Origin: Candidatus Poribacteria bacterium
GTDB lineage: Bacteria > Poribacteria > WGA-4E > WGA-3G
Assembly (NCBI GenBank): GCA_963665235.2
Contig: CAXXLX010000001.1
Location: 1,216,001 to 1,280,000, forward strand
Direction of reading: 5' to 3'
Length of the DNA: 64,000 bases
The position numbers were made by a program, and so were the translations under genes. Positions 21,216 to 31,998 of this stretch are shown piece by piece. Position 1 is the first letter of the stretch; every line of letters begins with the position of its first letter. A model generated the notes under the pieces. It was not told the DNA's origin. It saw only the letters and a program-made list of their open reading frames with translations, and did not search any database.

Positions 21216-22640
21216 ATGAAAAATATAGCGATTGCTTTTATATTTATCGGGAGCCTACTCATCGGAAGCATAGGATATGCTGCTGTGACATCTGTCGGAG
21301 AGATTAACGCCGTAGGCGAAACGCGAGGCATTGTCCCTAGCCACGCAACAGTGCCTTTGACTGTCACGCTTATAATCGACCGCTCCTTGGCAGAAATTGG
21401 TGAGGAGATTAAGACGATTGAAATCATAATGCCGCCCGGATTTTCTACCGAACCGTCCCATTTCAAAGGCATCTTTCGGGATGGCACTGCAATTGCTGCG
21501 AAGGCGGTTGTCTCCGGAGAAAGTGTGCTGCGCGTCGAACTGGAAAAAATAATCGACGATTACCGAAATTCTATATACGTAATCAATTTTGACTGTCGAA
21601 CATCAAGCACCGTTGCGGAGGCAGCGTTCAGGGTACGTCTCCGCAATAATGAGGACAATCCAATTGGTGAATTTATCCGTGAAGGCAACGCAGATGGAAA
21701 ACCTAATAACAATGACTTTACTTTGCAAGTGATTCCGAATATCCCGCCTTCGCCGGTTAAAGGATTTAATGTCGCCCCCGACCTAACAGGCGAAAATGAT
21801 GTAATTCTCCGCTGGCAAAAATCGGATGACGCGGATGTCACCGCTTATGCCATTTATCGTAATCAGGATAAATTACCTATCCTTACAGTCGAAAAACACC
21901 TGCTGACCACTGTTCGCGATGTAAACGTCAGCCCTGGCACACACACATATCAGATAACCGCTATCAGACAAACAATTCATCTCCAATCTGAGCGTTCGCC
22001 GATACAGACGGTGATTGTTCCTGAAGACACCGCACCACCGCAGCCGCCAGTGTTATTGGAAATTAATGTTTCCCGCGATGGGGTTGAACTTACATGGCCA
22101 GCTAGCAGCAGCCCGGATGTGACAAAATATCAAATCTCTTTCGCTGCATCAATAGGCACGCTTGAACCGCTGCCGAATGGCGAAATACTCGCGGAACCCC
22201 CGGAGCGTGGGCCCTCTGGCGAAATGCGTGCAGCTGAAAAAGTGTATAAATTTCTTGACCCGCGTCAGCTCGCTATAGGGAATTTTACTTATGCTATCGC
22301 TGCAATTGACGAAGCAGGCAACAGTGCCTCAATAACAGAGCGGCTCCGTATATTTGATAGACCTTATCCGAATCCGTTTACACCGCTCTCACCAAATCCA
22401 GATTTCAACACCGTTATTTTTCCCGCACGGGCAATAGATGATGCCGCCGGTGAATTCAAGGTGCTGCTCTTTAACCTCAAGGGTGCCCTCGTTAAAACCT
22501 TAACCGCACAATTGGGTGAAAACGAACTTAGATGGGACGGTAAAGATGAAAATGGGGAAATCGTTGAAAGTGGTGTTTATCTCTACCAATTGCAGGTTGG
22601 TGACAGTTTTAAGACAGGCACTGTTATCCTTGTCAAATAG
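21216..22640 (+). CDS. Secreted FN3-domain protein with C-terminal FlgD-Ig/T9SS-CTD-like domain
   Basis: FN3 strands (LRWQ..Y.IYR; AIDEAGN); C-terminal PYPNPFTP...LFNLKGALVKTL...WDGKDENGEIVESGVYLYQL. Confidence 0.78.
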   Translation: MKNIAIAFIFIGSLLIGSIGYAAVTSVGEINAVGETRGIVPSHATVPLTVTLIIDRSLAEIGEEIKTIEIIMPPGFSTEPSHFKGIFRDGTAIAAKAVVSGESVLRVELEKIIDDYRNSIYVINFDCRTSSTVAEAAFRVRLRNNEDNPIGEFIREGNADGKPNNNDFTLQVIPNIPPSPVKGFNVAPDLTGENDVILRWQKSDDADVTAYAIYRNQDKLPILTVEKHLLTTVRDVNVSPGTHTYQITAIRQTIHLQSERSPIQTVIVPEDTAPPQPPVLLEINVSRDGVELTWPASSSPDVTKYQISFAASIGTLEPLPNGEILAEPPERGPSGEMRAAEKVYKFLDPRQLAIGNFTYAIAAIDEAGNSASITERLRIFDRPYPNPFTPLSPNPDFNTVIFPARAIDDAAGEFKVLLFNLKGALVKTLTAQLGENELRWDGKDENGEIVESGVYLYQLQVGDSFKTGTVILVK

Positions 22641-22741
22641 GTCAGTGACACAGTAAAAAAAATGTTGACTTAATTTGAAATACAGAGTTATACTATAAGA
22701 AATAATGCCTTGCAAAGGAAAATTTTAAAAGGAGATAAAAA

Positions 22742-23767
22742 ATGAACAGATTTAAAGCATCTCGATTTTCATCAGTTCTCACACTACTCACGTTTGTTTG
22801 CAGTGTAGGCATCGCTTTGCCTGCTTTAGGCGAATGGATCAATTTACAAAAACGTGACCCGGCAATTCGGGATTACATGTCTATCACGTTTACAAGCAAG
22901 AAGACTGGTTGGGCAGTCGGTTCCGCATCGTTTGAAGATTTGGACAATCCCGGCTTCATCGGATACACCCTAGATAGTGGCAAAACCTGGGAGAAAGCGG
23001 ATATCAAAATCCAAACGGACCTCACCGAAATCTATTTTTTGGATGAGAAACACGGTTGGGCGGTCGGTGCCAAGGGCGCAATCGCTAGGACCACTAACGG
23101 AAAAGACTGGGAGGTACAAATCAGTAAGGTTGACAACTGGCTGAATAGCGTCCATTTTGTTAGCACCGATGTCGGTTACGCAGCAGGCGCGAACGAGACT
23201 ATCCTTGGTACGCAAAATGGGGGACGCTCTTGGAAAGTCCTTCAAGGCGGCACAATCAGCGAGGGTGTCGGGGACGAAGATACAACGTTGTATAATGCCA
23301 TTCAGTTTTTTGACGAAAAAACAGGATGGGTTGCGGGAATCCGTCTGAGTCCCACTACAAAAACGCAGAGCGCACTCATTCAGAAAACCACGGATGGTGG
23401 CAGAAAATGGGTTGTCCAAGAAACAGGAAAAGAGGATATCTTGGAAGACATTTTTTTCCTTGATGACAAGCAGGGCTGGGCAGTCGGCGAAAACGGAATT
23501 ATCCTATACACAAACAACGGCGGAGACACCTGGCGCGAGCAGACCAGTGGCACGGAGGAAAAACTTCGAAGTATTCAATTCGTAGATAAACACGTGGGTT
23601 GGGCCGTTGGCGGAGACTTCGGGGTCGGGGTTATTCTCAGTACCAGCAACGGCGGCAAAAAATGGGACGTTCAACAAATTGGGCAGCAAATCGTCAAAGT
23701 ATCCGCGCTTGACCAGAAGAATGCTTGGTTAGCAGGCGCAGACGGTGCCATTTTTAAACTAGAGTAG
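22742..23767 (+). CDS. YCF48-like BNR/beta-propeller protein
   Basis: Repeated F.D...GWAVG..G.I..T.DGG.TW units. Confidence 0.85.
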   Translation: MNRFKASRFSSVLTLLTFVCSVGIALPALGEWINLQKRDPAIRDYMSITFTSKKTGWAVGSASFEDLDNPGFIGYTLDSGKTWEKADIKIQTDLTEIYFLDEKHGWAVGAKGAIARTTNGKDWEVQISKVDNWLNSVHFVSTDVGYAAGANETILGTQNGGRSWKVLQGGTISEGVGDEDTTLYNAIQFFDEKTGWVAGIRLSPTTKTQSALIQKTTDGGRKWVVQETGKEDILEDIFFLDDKQGWAVGENGIILYTNNGGDTWREQTSGTEEKLRSIQFVDKHVGWAVGGDFGVGVILSTSNGGKKWDVQQIGQQIVKVSALDQKNAWLAGADGAIFKLE

Positions 23768-23879
23768 GCGCCCATTTGTCAGATGAACGTTAGGTTAAAT
23801 AACGAGAATACCCGAAGGTCTTAAAGTAGCAAATCCGGGCAAAGATGAACGCGCGGAAGCGCGGAAAAGGAGTAGAATT

Positions 23880-25055
23880 TTGGGAGATGTATCTATATTC
23901 GCCAAGCGCATGAGTCGCTTGGGAACTGAATCGGCTTTTGAGGTGCTCGCTAAAGCGAAAAGCTTAGAAGCACAAGGCAAAGATATTATTCATTTAGAAA
24001 TTGGGCAACCGGATTTTCCGACTCCAGCAAATATTTGCGAAGCTGCATTCCAAGCGATGAAAGATGGACATACCGGCTATTGCCCCTCGGCAGGAGTGCC
24101 AGAATTTCGAGAAGTTATTGCACAACATATTACGGAGACACGCGGGGTTGATATCCACCCAGCGGAGGTAACCGTTACGCCCGGGGCGAAACCTATTATT
24201 TTTTTCACAATAATCGCATTAATTGATGAGGGTGATGAGGTTATCTATCCGGACCCCGGATTCCCTGTCTATGAATCCGTTATCAATTTCATCGGCGGAA
24301 CTGCTGTCCCACTCCCGCTCCGTGAAGAGGTTGACTTCCGATTTCGAATTGATGACCTCACCGAAGCCATCACGGCACGCACAAAACTGCTTATCCTCAA
24401 CTCACCGCAGAACCCAACAGGTGGGACCCTCATGGAAACCGACCTCGTTGCTATCGCTGAACTCGCGGAAAAACATAACTTTTATATTCTAACGGACGAA
24501 GTTTACTCGCGGCTGCTCTATGAAGGAAACCATCAGAGTATCATCAGCCTTCCCGGAATGAAGGAACGGACCATTCTGATTGAGGGGCACTCTAAAACGT
24601 ATGCAATGACAGGTTGGCGACTCGGATACGGCATCGCTCCCCAGGAAATCGCTGATAAGATTACCCAATTGACTATTAACTCAAACTCCTGCACTGCAAC
24701 CTTTACACAAATCGCTGGAATAGAGGCACTGACGGGCCCGCAGACGTTTGTTAGAGAGATGGTCGTAGAATTTCGCAAACGGCGGGATGCAATTGTGAAC
24801 GGTCTCAATGCTATTGACGGTATTAGCTGTATCAAACCCCTCGGTTCGTTCTATGTTTTTCCCAACGTCACGGAGTTGCCGCTTTCTTGCGAGCTGCTTG
24901 CTGACTATCTGATGGATGAGGCTGAAGTTGCCTTGTTGCCCGGTACAGCTTTCGGCAAATATGGCGATGGTTATCTCCGTCTCTCTTACGCTAACTCATT
25001 GGAGAATATTGAGGAAGCACTACACCGAATGAAAACCGCAATCGCGAAACTATAG
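23880..25055 (+). CDS. Class I/II PLP-dependent aminotransferase (aspartate aminotransferase-like)
   Basis: GQPDF, NSPQNPTG, DEVY, SKTYAMTGWRLGY, YLRLSYA. Confidence 0.93.
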   Translation: MGDVSIFAKRMSRLGTESAFEVLAKAKSLEAQGKDIIHLEIGQPDFPTPANICEAAFQAMKDGHTGYCPSAGVPEFREVIAQHITETRGVDIHPAEVTVTPGAKPIIFFTIIALIDEGDEVIYPDPGFPVYESVINFIGGTAVPLPLREEVDFRFRIDDLTEAITARTKLLILNSPQNPTGGTLMETDLVAIAELAEKHNFYILTDEVYSRLLYEGNHQSIISLPGMKERTILIEGHSKTYAMTGWRLGYGIAPQEIADKITQLTINSNSCTATFTQIAGIEALTGPQTFVREMVVEFRKRRDAIVNGLNAIDGISCIKPLGSFYVFPNVTELPLSCELLADYLMDEAEVALLPGTAFGKYGDGYLRLSYANSLENIEEALHRMKTAIAKL

Positions 25056-25081
25056 GCACAAATCGGAGGGCAGTTTCTCAC

Positions 25082-26035
25082 ATGTTTCGTAAAGCTACAG
25101 CGCGCATTCCTGCAAGTACAACGAATCTCGGTCCCGGATTTGATGTGCTCGGGCTAGCACTTAAACTCTACAGTACGATTACGTTGGAAACTACATCCAC
25201 CGACACCCAAGTTGTTATCAGTGGCGTAGACGCTGATAAGATACCGAGTACCCCGGAACATATTGCGTTTCAAGCAGTTGCCCACGTTTTCAAAGAGAGC
25301 GGGACGAAACTGAAGTTGGAAAACCTTAAGTTGAGCATAGAAAACGGGATTCCAGCGATTCGCGGTTTAGGCGGAAGTGGTACAGCAATTATCGGCGGGT
25401 TATTGACGGCTAATGTCTTGTGTGGTAACCCATTTTCTCGGTCAGAGCTTCTCAATTTTGCAACAGTCTTAGAGGGGCATCCGGACAATGTCGCTGCGTC
25501 CCTATATGGCGGTTTGGTCATTTCAGCACAGGAGGGTCCGCAAATCCACACTATCCAGTTAGAATGTCCGCCTGCCCTTCATGTCGTATTGGCTATTCCA
25601 GATTTTCCGCTATCTACCCAAGAGGCGCGCCGTATTTTACCGGAACAAATCAATTTTTCGGATGCAATTTACAATACGAGTCGAAGTGCACTGTTAATCG
25701 GTAGCATCGCCACTGGAAAATTGGAGATGCTACCGATAGCCATGAAAGATAGACTGCATCAACCCTATCGTAGCAAATTGATTCCGGGATTTGATGATGT
25801 CGTGACAGCTGCAACTGCTGCGGGGGCACTCAGCGTTGCCTTAAGTGGTGCTGGCCCGACTATTGCCGCTTACTGTTTAGAAAACATGAAAGCGGTGGGA
25901 AATCAGATGGCTAAGGCGTTCAAAAAACACAACGTTGCATGTCAAATTCGGACTCTGGGCATTGATAGGGACGGTGCAGTGGTCTTCGGTAAGGAAGGAG
26001 AAAGCGAGGTGTCGGAGAAACCCCATGCAATTTAG
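25082..26035 (+). CDS. thrB: Homoserine kinase
   Basis: PASTTNLGPGFDVLGLAL, PAIRGLGGSG, EGHPDN, DRLHQPYR, LSGAGPT. Confidence 0.95.
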   Translation: MFRKATARIPASTTNLGPGFDVLGLALKLYSTITLETTSTDTQVVISGVDADKIPSTPEHIAFQAVAHVFKESGTKLKLENLKLSIENGIPAIRGLGGSGTAIIGGLLTANVLCGNPFSRSELLNFATVLEGHPDNVAASLYGGLVISAQEGPQIHTIQLECPPALHVVLAIPDFPLSTQEARRILPEQINFSDAIYNTSRSALLIGSIATGKLEMLPIAMKDRLHQPYRSKLIPGFDDVVTAATAAGALSVALSGAGPTIAAYCLENMKAVGNQMAKAFKKHNVACQIRTLGIDRDGAVVFGKEGESEVSEKPHAI

Positions 26036-26068
26036 GTGAACGGCATCCTCAAGCGGAATAGGAAAATT

Positions 26069-28801
26069 ATGTTAAATTTTTATTCAGAAAGCATTTCATT
26101 CCTCCTGAATCAATTCAACAGTGACCTCAAACAGGGCTTAAGTCTGGAGCAGGTAGAGAAATCAAGGGCACGTCACGGGAAAAACGAATTCGGTCCAAAA
26201 GAAAAGTGGCAGCAATTTAAAGTCCCATTTTGGAAACCGCTCTTTAATTGGAAATCGCTAATATTAGCTATTGCTGTAGCAGTTGTTTTTTACAACCTAA
26301 CGTCTATTTCAAAAAGCGCGCTTATCGCAGGCATCCTGATTTTTCAAGTGTGTTGGATATGCTTCGCCGCTTTCCGTATTCGACATCGGCGGAAATTACG
26401 TGAGATACAGCTCAGTGTTACGGTATCGGTTATTCGGCAGGGGAAGCAGGAAAAATGCTTGCCCGTCGATATTGTACCGGGAGACCTCATTTTTCTGAGG
26501 GCTGGTGATTACGTACCTGCGGATGCCAGAATCGTTGAGGCAGATGGACTTAGCGTTGATGAGTCTGCCCTATTCGGGAGTAGTGAGCCCACAGCAAAAA
26601 CGAGCAAGGAGATAACCGAAGTAGGCAGTCCAGCGAAGAAGCAAACCAACATGGTTTTTGGCGGAACTTATGTCGATACAGGATTTGGGAAAGCAATCGT
26701 CGTCAGAACTGGGAACAAACTTGAAATGTGGCGGGATTTGGCTAAGGCACGTTCTTTACCAACAGCTGGCACTATCGCAGAGACCCAAGTCAAATTATTC
26801 AGAGATACGCTCATTGTTACAGGCATTGTCATCGGTGTAATCGCCGCCGGCCTGTATTGGTGGAACGAATCGTCTCAGCAACAACTCACGTGGCAAGCAG
26901 TCCAATTCGGTTTAATTTTTGCCATCGCTGCCACCCCGAACGATGTCATGGTCCTGCTATACCTCATTTTTGACCAGAAAGCTGCCGTTTTGCTGAAAAA
27001 AGGAATCGTCCTCCGGCATCCACATTACTTGGAAAAATTGAATCGAATCAGCATCTTTTGTGCAAATGAAAAAGGAATTGAAAGTACAAAGGCCCTTGCT
27101 ATTTCCAACCTTTTCGTTGATGAACAGGTCGTGGAACGTTCTGTATGGGAAAACTGGTTGAATTTTCTTGAGACGCAACCCGCTGAAAAAAGACCGGAAG
27201 CGATTAACGATATTCCACACCACTTCCAAATTCCTCAAGACACTCCCGAACTGCTGTTGACCGCAGGCCTAGGTACGTCTGGCGAACAGTATCATGATAG
27301 AACCGATGCCGCCCAGTCCCATCAACGCATCATACAAAAAATAGGTGAACGCCTCGGTTATCAATTAGATGACCTTAAAGCGAATATGCCGCTAATAGCA
27401 GAATACCCGTGGACATCTAACTTCGGCTATGAGATGCATGTGTTCGAAACGGCGGAAAATGAATATCTCAATATTATCTTCGGGGATGCCCTGAATGTTC
27501 TTGAGGCATGCCAGTTCATCCTCATAGATGGTGAAACAGTACCGTTCGACTATGACCAATACGAGACATGTCTCGGAGTTTTAAGCGACATGCAACACGC
27601 CAACGCAAGTGTCTATGGTGTCGCATCGAATGCCTCAGATATCGCTTTGACACCGAGGGAGGTTCAAGGTACATCAACCCTCTTAGGGTTCATCGCGTTC
27701 TCACACAGCGATAACGAAGAGACGAGAGAAGTTGTCCGAGCAAGTCTAGATGCTGGGTTAAAAGTCATTCTGATAACCGAAAGTGATGAACAGACGACAA
27801 TCGATTTCGCAAGAGAATTAGGCATTATCCACACCCGAAGGGCGGTCAGCACGCGGGAAATACTCGCCCAACTCTCTACACAGGAATTTGACAAAGAGGT
27901 ACCGAATTGGGGCGCATATTCCCAACCTACACAGGAACAGCGCCGAAACATTGTTCTCGGTTTGAAACGCCACGGACATACGGTCGGGTTCCTCGGAGAA
28001 AGCACTGTTGACCAACGCGCTATGACATTGGCTGACCTAGCGTTTGCTAATATGACGCACGCATCACACCTTGCCCAGGACCACGCCGACTGTTTAATAT
28101 TAGAGAAGGGATTCCGAGCTATCAAGGATGGCCTATTTTATGCACGAGAAGCCTATCAAAACCTCGCCGGCTCCCTCAGATGGTGTTTTTCATGCACGCT
28201 CGCCCAATTGCTAACGGTTGTATTTGGACTGATTCTCTACCTAATATTCGGAGCCGAGAGACTCCCGTTGACGCTCACGCAGCTAATCTGGGTGCAATTT
28301 CTAACAACAGGACTTACTGCAATCGGGCTGGGTACTGAAAAAATATTTGCTGATGCGAAACAACACCGCCCAAGAAAAACGAACACGTTCCTGCCGAAAA
28401 CTGCTGTCTTCGATGTTGTTTGTCGAGGCCTTGTTATTAGTTTAATGACAATTACCCATTTCTTAGTACTCGCTGGGTCGGCTAGTCCGGAACAGGCACG
28501 CACTGCTGCTTGCACAACACTCATTTTTTCACAATTGGCAGCATACTTCCAATGTGTCCGATACCCATCGGAATCTCTCTTTAAAAGGATGTTTGCGAAT
28601 ATCTGGCTACTTGGCACCTTCAGCGTCGTTATAGGAATTCACATCGCCGCAATCTCTTTTGAGCCTATGAAGGCACTTTTGACCCTCACACTCCCTGAAG
28701 GCGAATGGATAATGACATGGCTGGTGACATCACTCTGCTGCTGCCTCTTACTGCTGTTACCTTTAAATTTGGCGATAAATCCGCGTCAAGATGGGCGTTA
28801 G
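26069..28801 (+). CDS. P-type (P2-like) ATPase homolog with degenerate catalytic motifs
   Basis: Full architecture (GLS..HGKN, VPGDL..L..GD.VPADARI, TM helices) but DKTGT>NEKGI, TGES>FGSS, GDGVND>GESTVD. Confidence 0.85.
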   Translation: MLNFYSESISFLLNQFNSDLKQGLSLEQVEKSRARHGKNEFGPKEKWQQFKVPFWKPLFNWKSLILAIAVAVVFYNLTSISKSALIAGILIFQVCWICFAAFRIRHRRKLREIQLSVTVSVIRQGKQEKCLPVDIVPGDLIFLRAGDYVPADARIVEADGLSVDESALFGSSEPTAKTSKEITEVGSPAKKQTNMVFGGTYVDTGFGKAIVVRTGNKLEMWRDLAKARSLPTAGTIAETQVKLFRDTLIVTGIVIGVIAAGLYWWNESSQQQLTWQAVQFGLIFAIAATPNDVMVLLYLIFDQKAAVLLKKGIVLRHPHYLEKLNRISIFCANEKGIESTKALAISNLFVDEQVVERSVWENWLNFLETQPAEKRPEAINDIPHHFQIPQDTPELLLTAGLGTSGEQYHDRTDAAQSHQRIIQKIGERLGYQLDDLKANMPLIAEYPWTSNFGYEMHVFETAENEYLNIIFGDALNVLEACQFILIDGETVPFDYDQYETCLGVLSDMQHANASVYGVASNASDIALTPREVQGTSTLLGFIAFSHSDNEETREVVRASLDAGLKVILITESDEQTTIDFARELGIIHTRRAVSTREILAQLSTQEFDKEVPNWGAYSQPTQEQRRNIVLGLKRHGHTVGFLGESTVDQRAMTLADLAFANMTHASHLAQDHADCLILEKGFRAIKDGLFYAREAYQNLAGSLRWCFSCTLAQLLTVVFGLILYLIFGAERLPLTLTQLIWVQFLTTGLTAIGLGTEKIFADAKQHRPRKTNTFLPKTAVFDVVCRGLVISLMTITHFLVLAGSASPEQARTAACTTLIFSQLAAYFQCVRYPSESLFKRMFANIWLLGTFSVVIGIHIAAISFEPMKALLTLTLPEGEWIMTWLVTSLCCCLLLLLPLNLAINPRQDGR

Positions 28802-28817
28802 CACAGCAAGAGCCCCG

Positions 28818-30770
28818 CTAAACCCAGAAACCGTAGGTGGGAATACCGGCAACAATGCCTACAACTGTCCATAGACTCCCGACTGTGAATTCACCCAGGA
28901 TAAGCCCTAAGAAGAACGGGGCTAGTTTCCGATATTTTACGGGCCCACCATATTGAAGAATGAGCCACTTTATTAACCAGCTCACGAAAAGGCAACACCA
29001 AGTGACGTTCATTCCCCAGCTCGTAGAAATGGCAAAACCAGCAGGATGAAACGGCCACCATACAAATCGCATCCGAAATAGCTGTAGCACTGTTGTTAGC
29101 AGAAAACCTAGCCCCATAAACCCGCTTTCAGGAATAAGTGTATCGCCAGGCGTTTGCAGCCAACCCGCTAAGCGGCGGTAAGGCTCTATACCGAACGCAC
29201 TCAACGATGGCCAATAGGCGCGAATCTCCATCCCTAACCGATGCCCCCGGTCAATTAACGCCCAAAATCCGGCCAATGTGCCCAGCACAGCTGCTAACGT
29301 CAAGGCAAAAATTATCCGATGCATTGTCATACCTGTCCGTTCCATTATCTTAAAACCTTCTAACTGATGCGGCATTGGATGACTACGATAGGCACGGTTG
29401 ATGAACCAAAACATTGAGAACATGATGAGGTTACCGCGCCCTAGCCGACGCGTCCCTACCGTCCGTGTTAAAATTTCATCTGGACCGGAATAGTGTAAAT
29501 CGTGAACTGGGGTGCCTAACTCGGCGCGCATGCGCGTTACAGCGATAGAAATCATATAATAGAGAACGAAAAACGTTAGCATGATACCGATGCTCGCCCC
29601 ACCGTAGTAGCAAAAAAGCACTAGGAACACTAACACCGCGATGAGCCCAAGCACCGCTGCACGGTAGGACATCGGCTCATCGATATCTTCGCGTGCCGCC
29701 TCCCGCCTGAAAACTGAACGTCCCACTACAAGCAGATGCCGACGACTCGCCCAAATCGCTAAAACGCACAAGGCAAGATAGCCCCCGGAGGCCTGCTCAT
29801 TCATATACGGAAAGCGCGGAAGACTTCGAAAACCGAACGCAGCCCCTACGACACGCATTAGCCGCCAATACCAAAAGAAAAACCAGCACGAAAACGAAAG
29901 GTCTAACGGAATGAAAAAGCCGAGCCCAATTGCAAACGGATAAAATGAAAACGGAATTCTTCCCATTGCATTCCACGGACTCTCTGTGAATATCTGAACG
30001 CTCTGAATGCGGGTCCGAAACTCCGGTAAGATTGGATACAGAAAGTTCACACCGTTCCACAGTGCCAACCCCCCAGCAATACCGAAACCGAGCCACATTA
30101 ACCTGTTCTGAAAAAAACGGTTGTGCCGCGTCTCCGTAAGATGCACCGGGAGGTGAATAATAGGATAACTCAACTTCTCGTGCCCTATCCACTGTTTCCG
30201 GATAATTACATTAATGCAAAGCATGCCGAAAACCAACGCACTGATAAAGGCAAGCCACCACAGCACCGGAGTTGCCCAACCGAGCAGGGAGTCAAGGGTA
30301 TAGAGCGGTACGTCCCCCTCGTAATAGCCTTGTAGCAATCGGTTATCGCTAATTGTCAACCATTCTGGGAGAAAGGGTACAAAAAGCTGCTGCCATTCAT
30401 TTTCAGGGGTCGCAAACCGGAACGCATGCCCGAGCATCGGTACTAAAATTTCAAGCATATCGTGACCTGTAATACCGGACGCGATAGAAAGCATCAGGTA
30501 AACAACGACCAATTCACTCTGTACTAACGCCACCCTCGGGAGGAAACGGCGCAGTAATTGATTAATACCGATAACGACAAATAGGCTGAAAATGACGTTG
30601 AAAAAAAGCGAAATGGTAACAGGGTGCCCCGAATAACGGATAACCTCCATCTCAATGACCCAATAGCAGTTTATCGGAATCAGGAGGACAGCAATTAGGA
30701 TAGATTTAAACGTTACACCGTGGGCAGGAATTTGCGGGGATGCTGGCTGTGAACGGTTTTGAACTTCCAT
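28818..30770 (-). CDS. Polytopic membrane protein, putative transporter (DUF6785/DUF6784-like)
   Basis: RKQW..EKLSYPI, RMRAELG, WWPFHPAG, PFFLGLILGE; many TM segments. Confidence 0.65.
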   Translation of the reverse strand: MEVQNRSQPASPQIPAHGVTFKSILIAVLLIPINCYWVIEMEVIRYSGHPVTISLFFNVIFSLFVVIGINQLLRRFLPRVALVQSELVVVYLMLSIASGITGHDMLEILVPMLGHAFRFATPENEWQQLFVPFLPEWLTISDNRLLQGYYEGDVPLYTLDSLLGWATPVLWWLAFISALVFGMLCINVIIRKQWIGHEKLSYPIIHLPVHLTETRHNRFFQNRLMWLGFGIAGGLALWNGVNFLYPILPEFRTRIQSVQIFTESPWNAMGRIPFSFYPFAIGLGFFIPLDLSFSCWFFFWYWRLMRVVGAAFGFRSLPRFPYMNEQASGGYLALCVLAIWASRRHLLVVGRSVFRREAAREDIDEPMSYRAAVLGLIAVLVFLVLFCYYGGASIGIMLTFFVLYYMISIAVTRMRAELGTPVHDLHYSGPDEILTRTVGTRRLGRGNLIMFSMFWFINRAYRSHPMPHQLEGFKIMERTGMTMHRIIFALTLAAVLGTLAGFWALIDRGHRLGMEIRAYWPSLSAFGIEPYRRLAGWLQTPGDTLIPESGFMGLGFLLTTVLQLFRMRFVWWPFHPAGFAISTSWGMNVTWCCLFVSWLIKWLILQYGGPVKYRKLAPFFLGLILGEFTVGSLWTVVGIVAGIPTYGFWV

Positions 30771-30857
30771 AGCTTATACGAAACAATCTGATAAAACAAA
30801 AATCTATGTTCAGTTTACCACAATAGACAAGATGTGTCAACAGATGTATAAAGTTTT

Positions 30858-31201
30858 GAGTGCGTAAAGTTTTTGTACCCCCGTTTGTAGTAGGGCGATT
30901 CATCGCCCGTCGTGTTGTCCAGTGTTGTGATGTGCGATGCGTTTTGCTACGAGAACCCGTGCTGCGACGGGCAATCAATTGCCCTACTACGAGCACAGTT
31001 GTGATGCACAATGCGTTTTGCTGTAGGCGTGGGGAACCGTTGGTTTCCCAAATACTAAGCATCAATAGATTAACTTGTACAGAAATTTTGCACACTCGTC
31101 AGAACTGCGTAGATGTTATCAAAAACCCTCTTTTTTCCGCGTTTTCTGTGTCCTCTGTGTTTTCCGCGATTCTGACAGTTGTACAAAAACTTTACACACC
31201 C
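30858..31201. mobile_element. MITE-like unit bounded by ~21-bp inverted repeats and containing GTAG-type REP hairpins
   Basis: GAGTGCGTAAAGTTTTTGTAC (30858) versus GTACAAAAACTTTACACACCC (31181-31201). The same end motif occurs at ~50418 and ~51065, and degenerately at ~31078. Confidence 0.6.
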
Positions 31202-31249
31202 AAAAAAGTAGGGGCAAGGCTATTTAGTTTTCGTTTACATACATTAACT

Positions 31250-31534
31250 AGGACTTACGCATTCCCCTCCGCTCCTCTACTAGCGGGATATCGGTATTAG
31301 TCCCGTAGGGACGATATATTTATAGAAACACAAAACGCCTCACCCCTGCTTAGTCCCGTAGGGACGACATATTTATAGAATGAAAAAAAACGTTAATCTT
31401 ACGCAAATTTAGAACATAAGCTCAGTATTCGGGCAAACGGTTTCCCGCTCCTCTAGGGCTGGGTCCCCCAGCCCGCTAAGTCAACCTCTAAATCCCATTA
31501 TCTATGGACTTTAGCAACGCGCTGCGTAAGTCCT
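31250..31534. mobile_element. MITE-like unit with 12-bp perfect TIR enclosing two REP copies
   Basis: AGGACTTACGCA (31250-31261) and TGCGTAAGTCCT (31523-31534); REPs at 31297 and 31350. Confidence 0.6.
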
Positions 31535-31588
31535 GTAATTATTCTATCATTACCGGTTGTTAGAAATGAAACGGAGAACGGAAGACCC

Positions 31589-31998
31589 AAACTATAAGTT
31601 TATGCTACAAGAAAGCGCACAAACTGGAAGTTTATGCTACAATAAAGCGCACAAACTGGAAGTTTATGCTACAAGAAAGCACACAAACTGGAAGTTTATG
31701 CTACAATAAAGCGCACAAACTGGAAGTTTATACTACAAGAAAGCGCACAAACTGGAAGTTTATGCTACAAGAAAGCGCACAAACTGGAAGTTTATGCTAC
31801 AATAAAGCGCACAAACTGGAAGTTTATACTACAATAAAGCGCACAAACTGGAAGTTTATACTACAATAAAGCGCACAAACTGGAAGTTTATACTACAATA
31901 AAGCGCACAAACTGGAAGTTTATGCTACAATAAAGCGCACAAACTGGAAGTTTATACTACAAGAAAGCGCACAAACTGGAAGTTTATGCTACAAGAAA
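31589..31998. repeat. 32-bp tandem repeat, 13 units (last one partial)
   Basis: Unit AAACTGGAAGTTTAT(G/A)CTACAA(G/T)AAAGCGCAC with no spacers. Confidence 0.95.

Noticed and set aside
22742-23767. Photosystem II assembly factor implying phototrophy
   Set aside because: YCF48-like propellers are widespread in non-phototrophs and no photosynthesis genes are present.
31589-31998. Possible CRISPR array (32-bp periodicity)
   Set aside because: Units are contiguous with no unique spacers and there are no cas genes; it is a tandem repeat.
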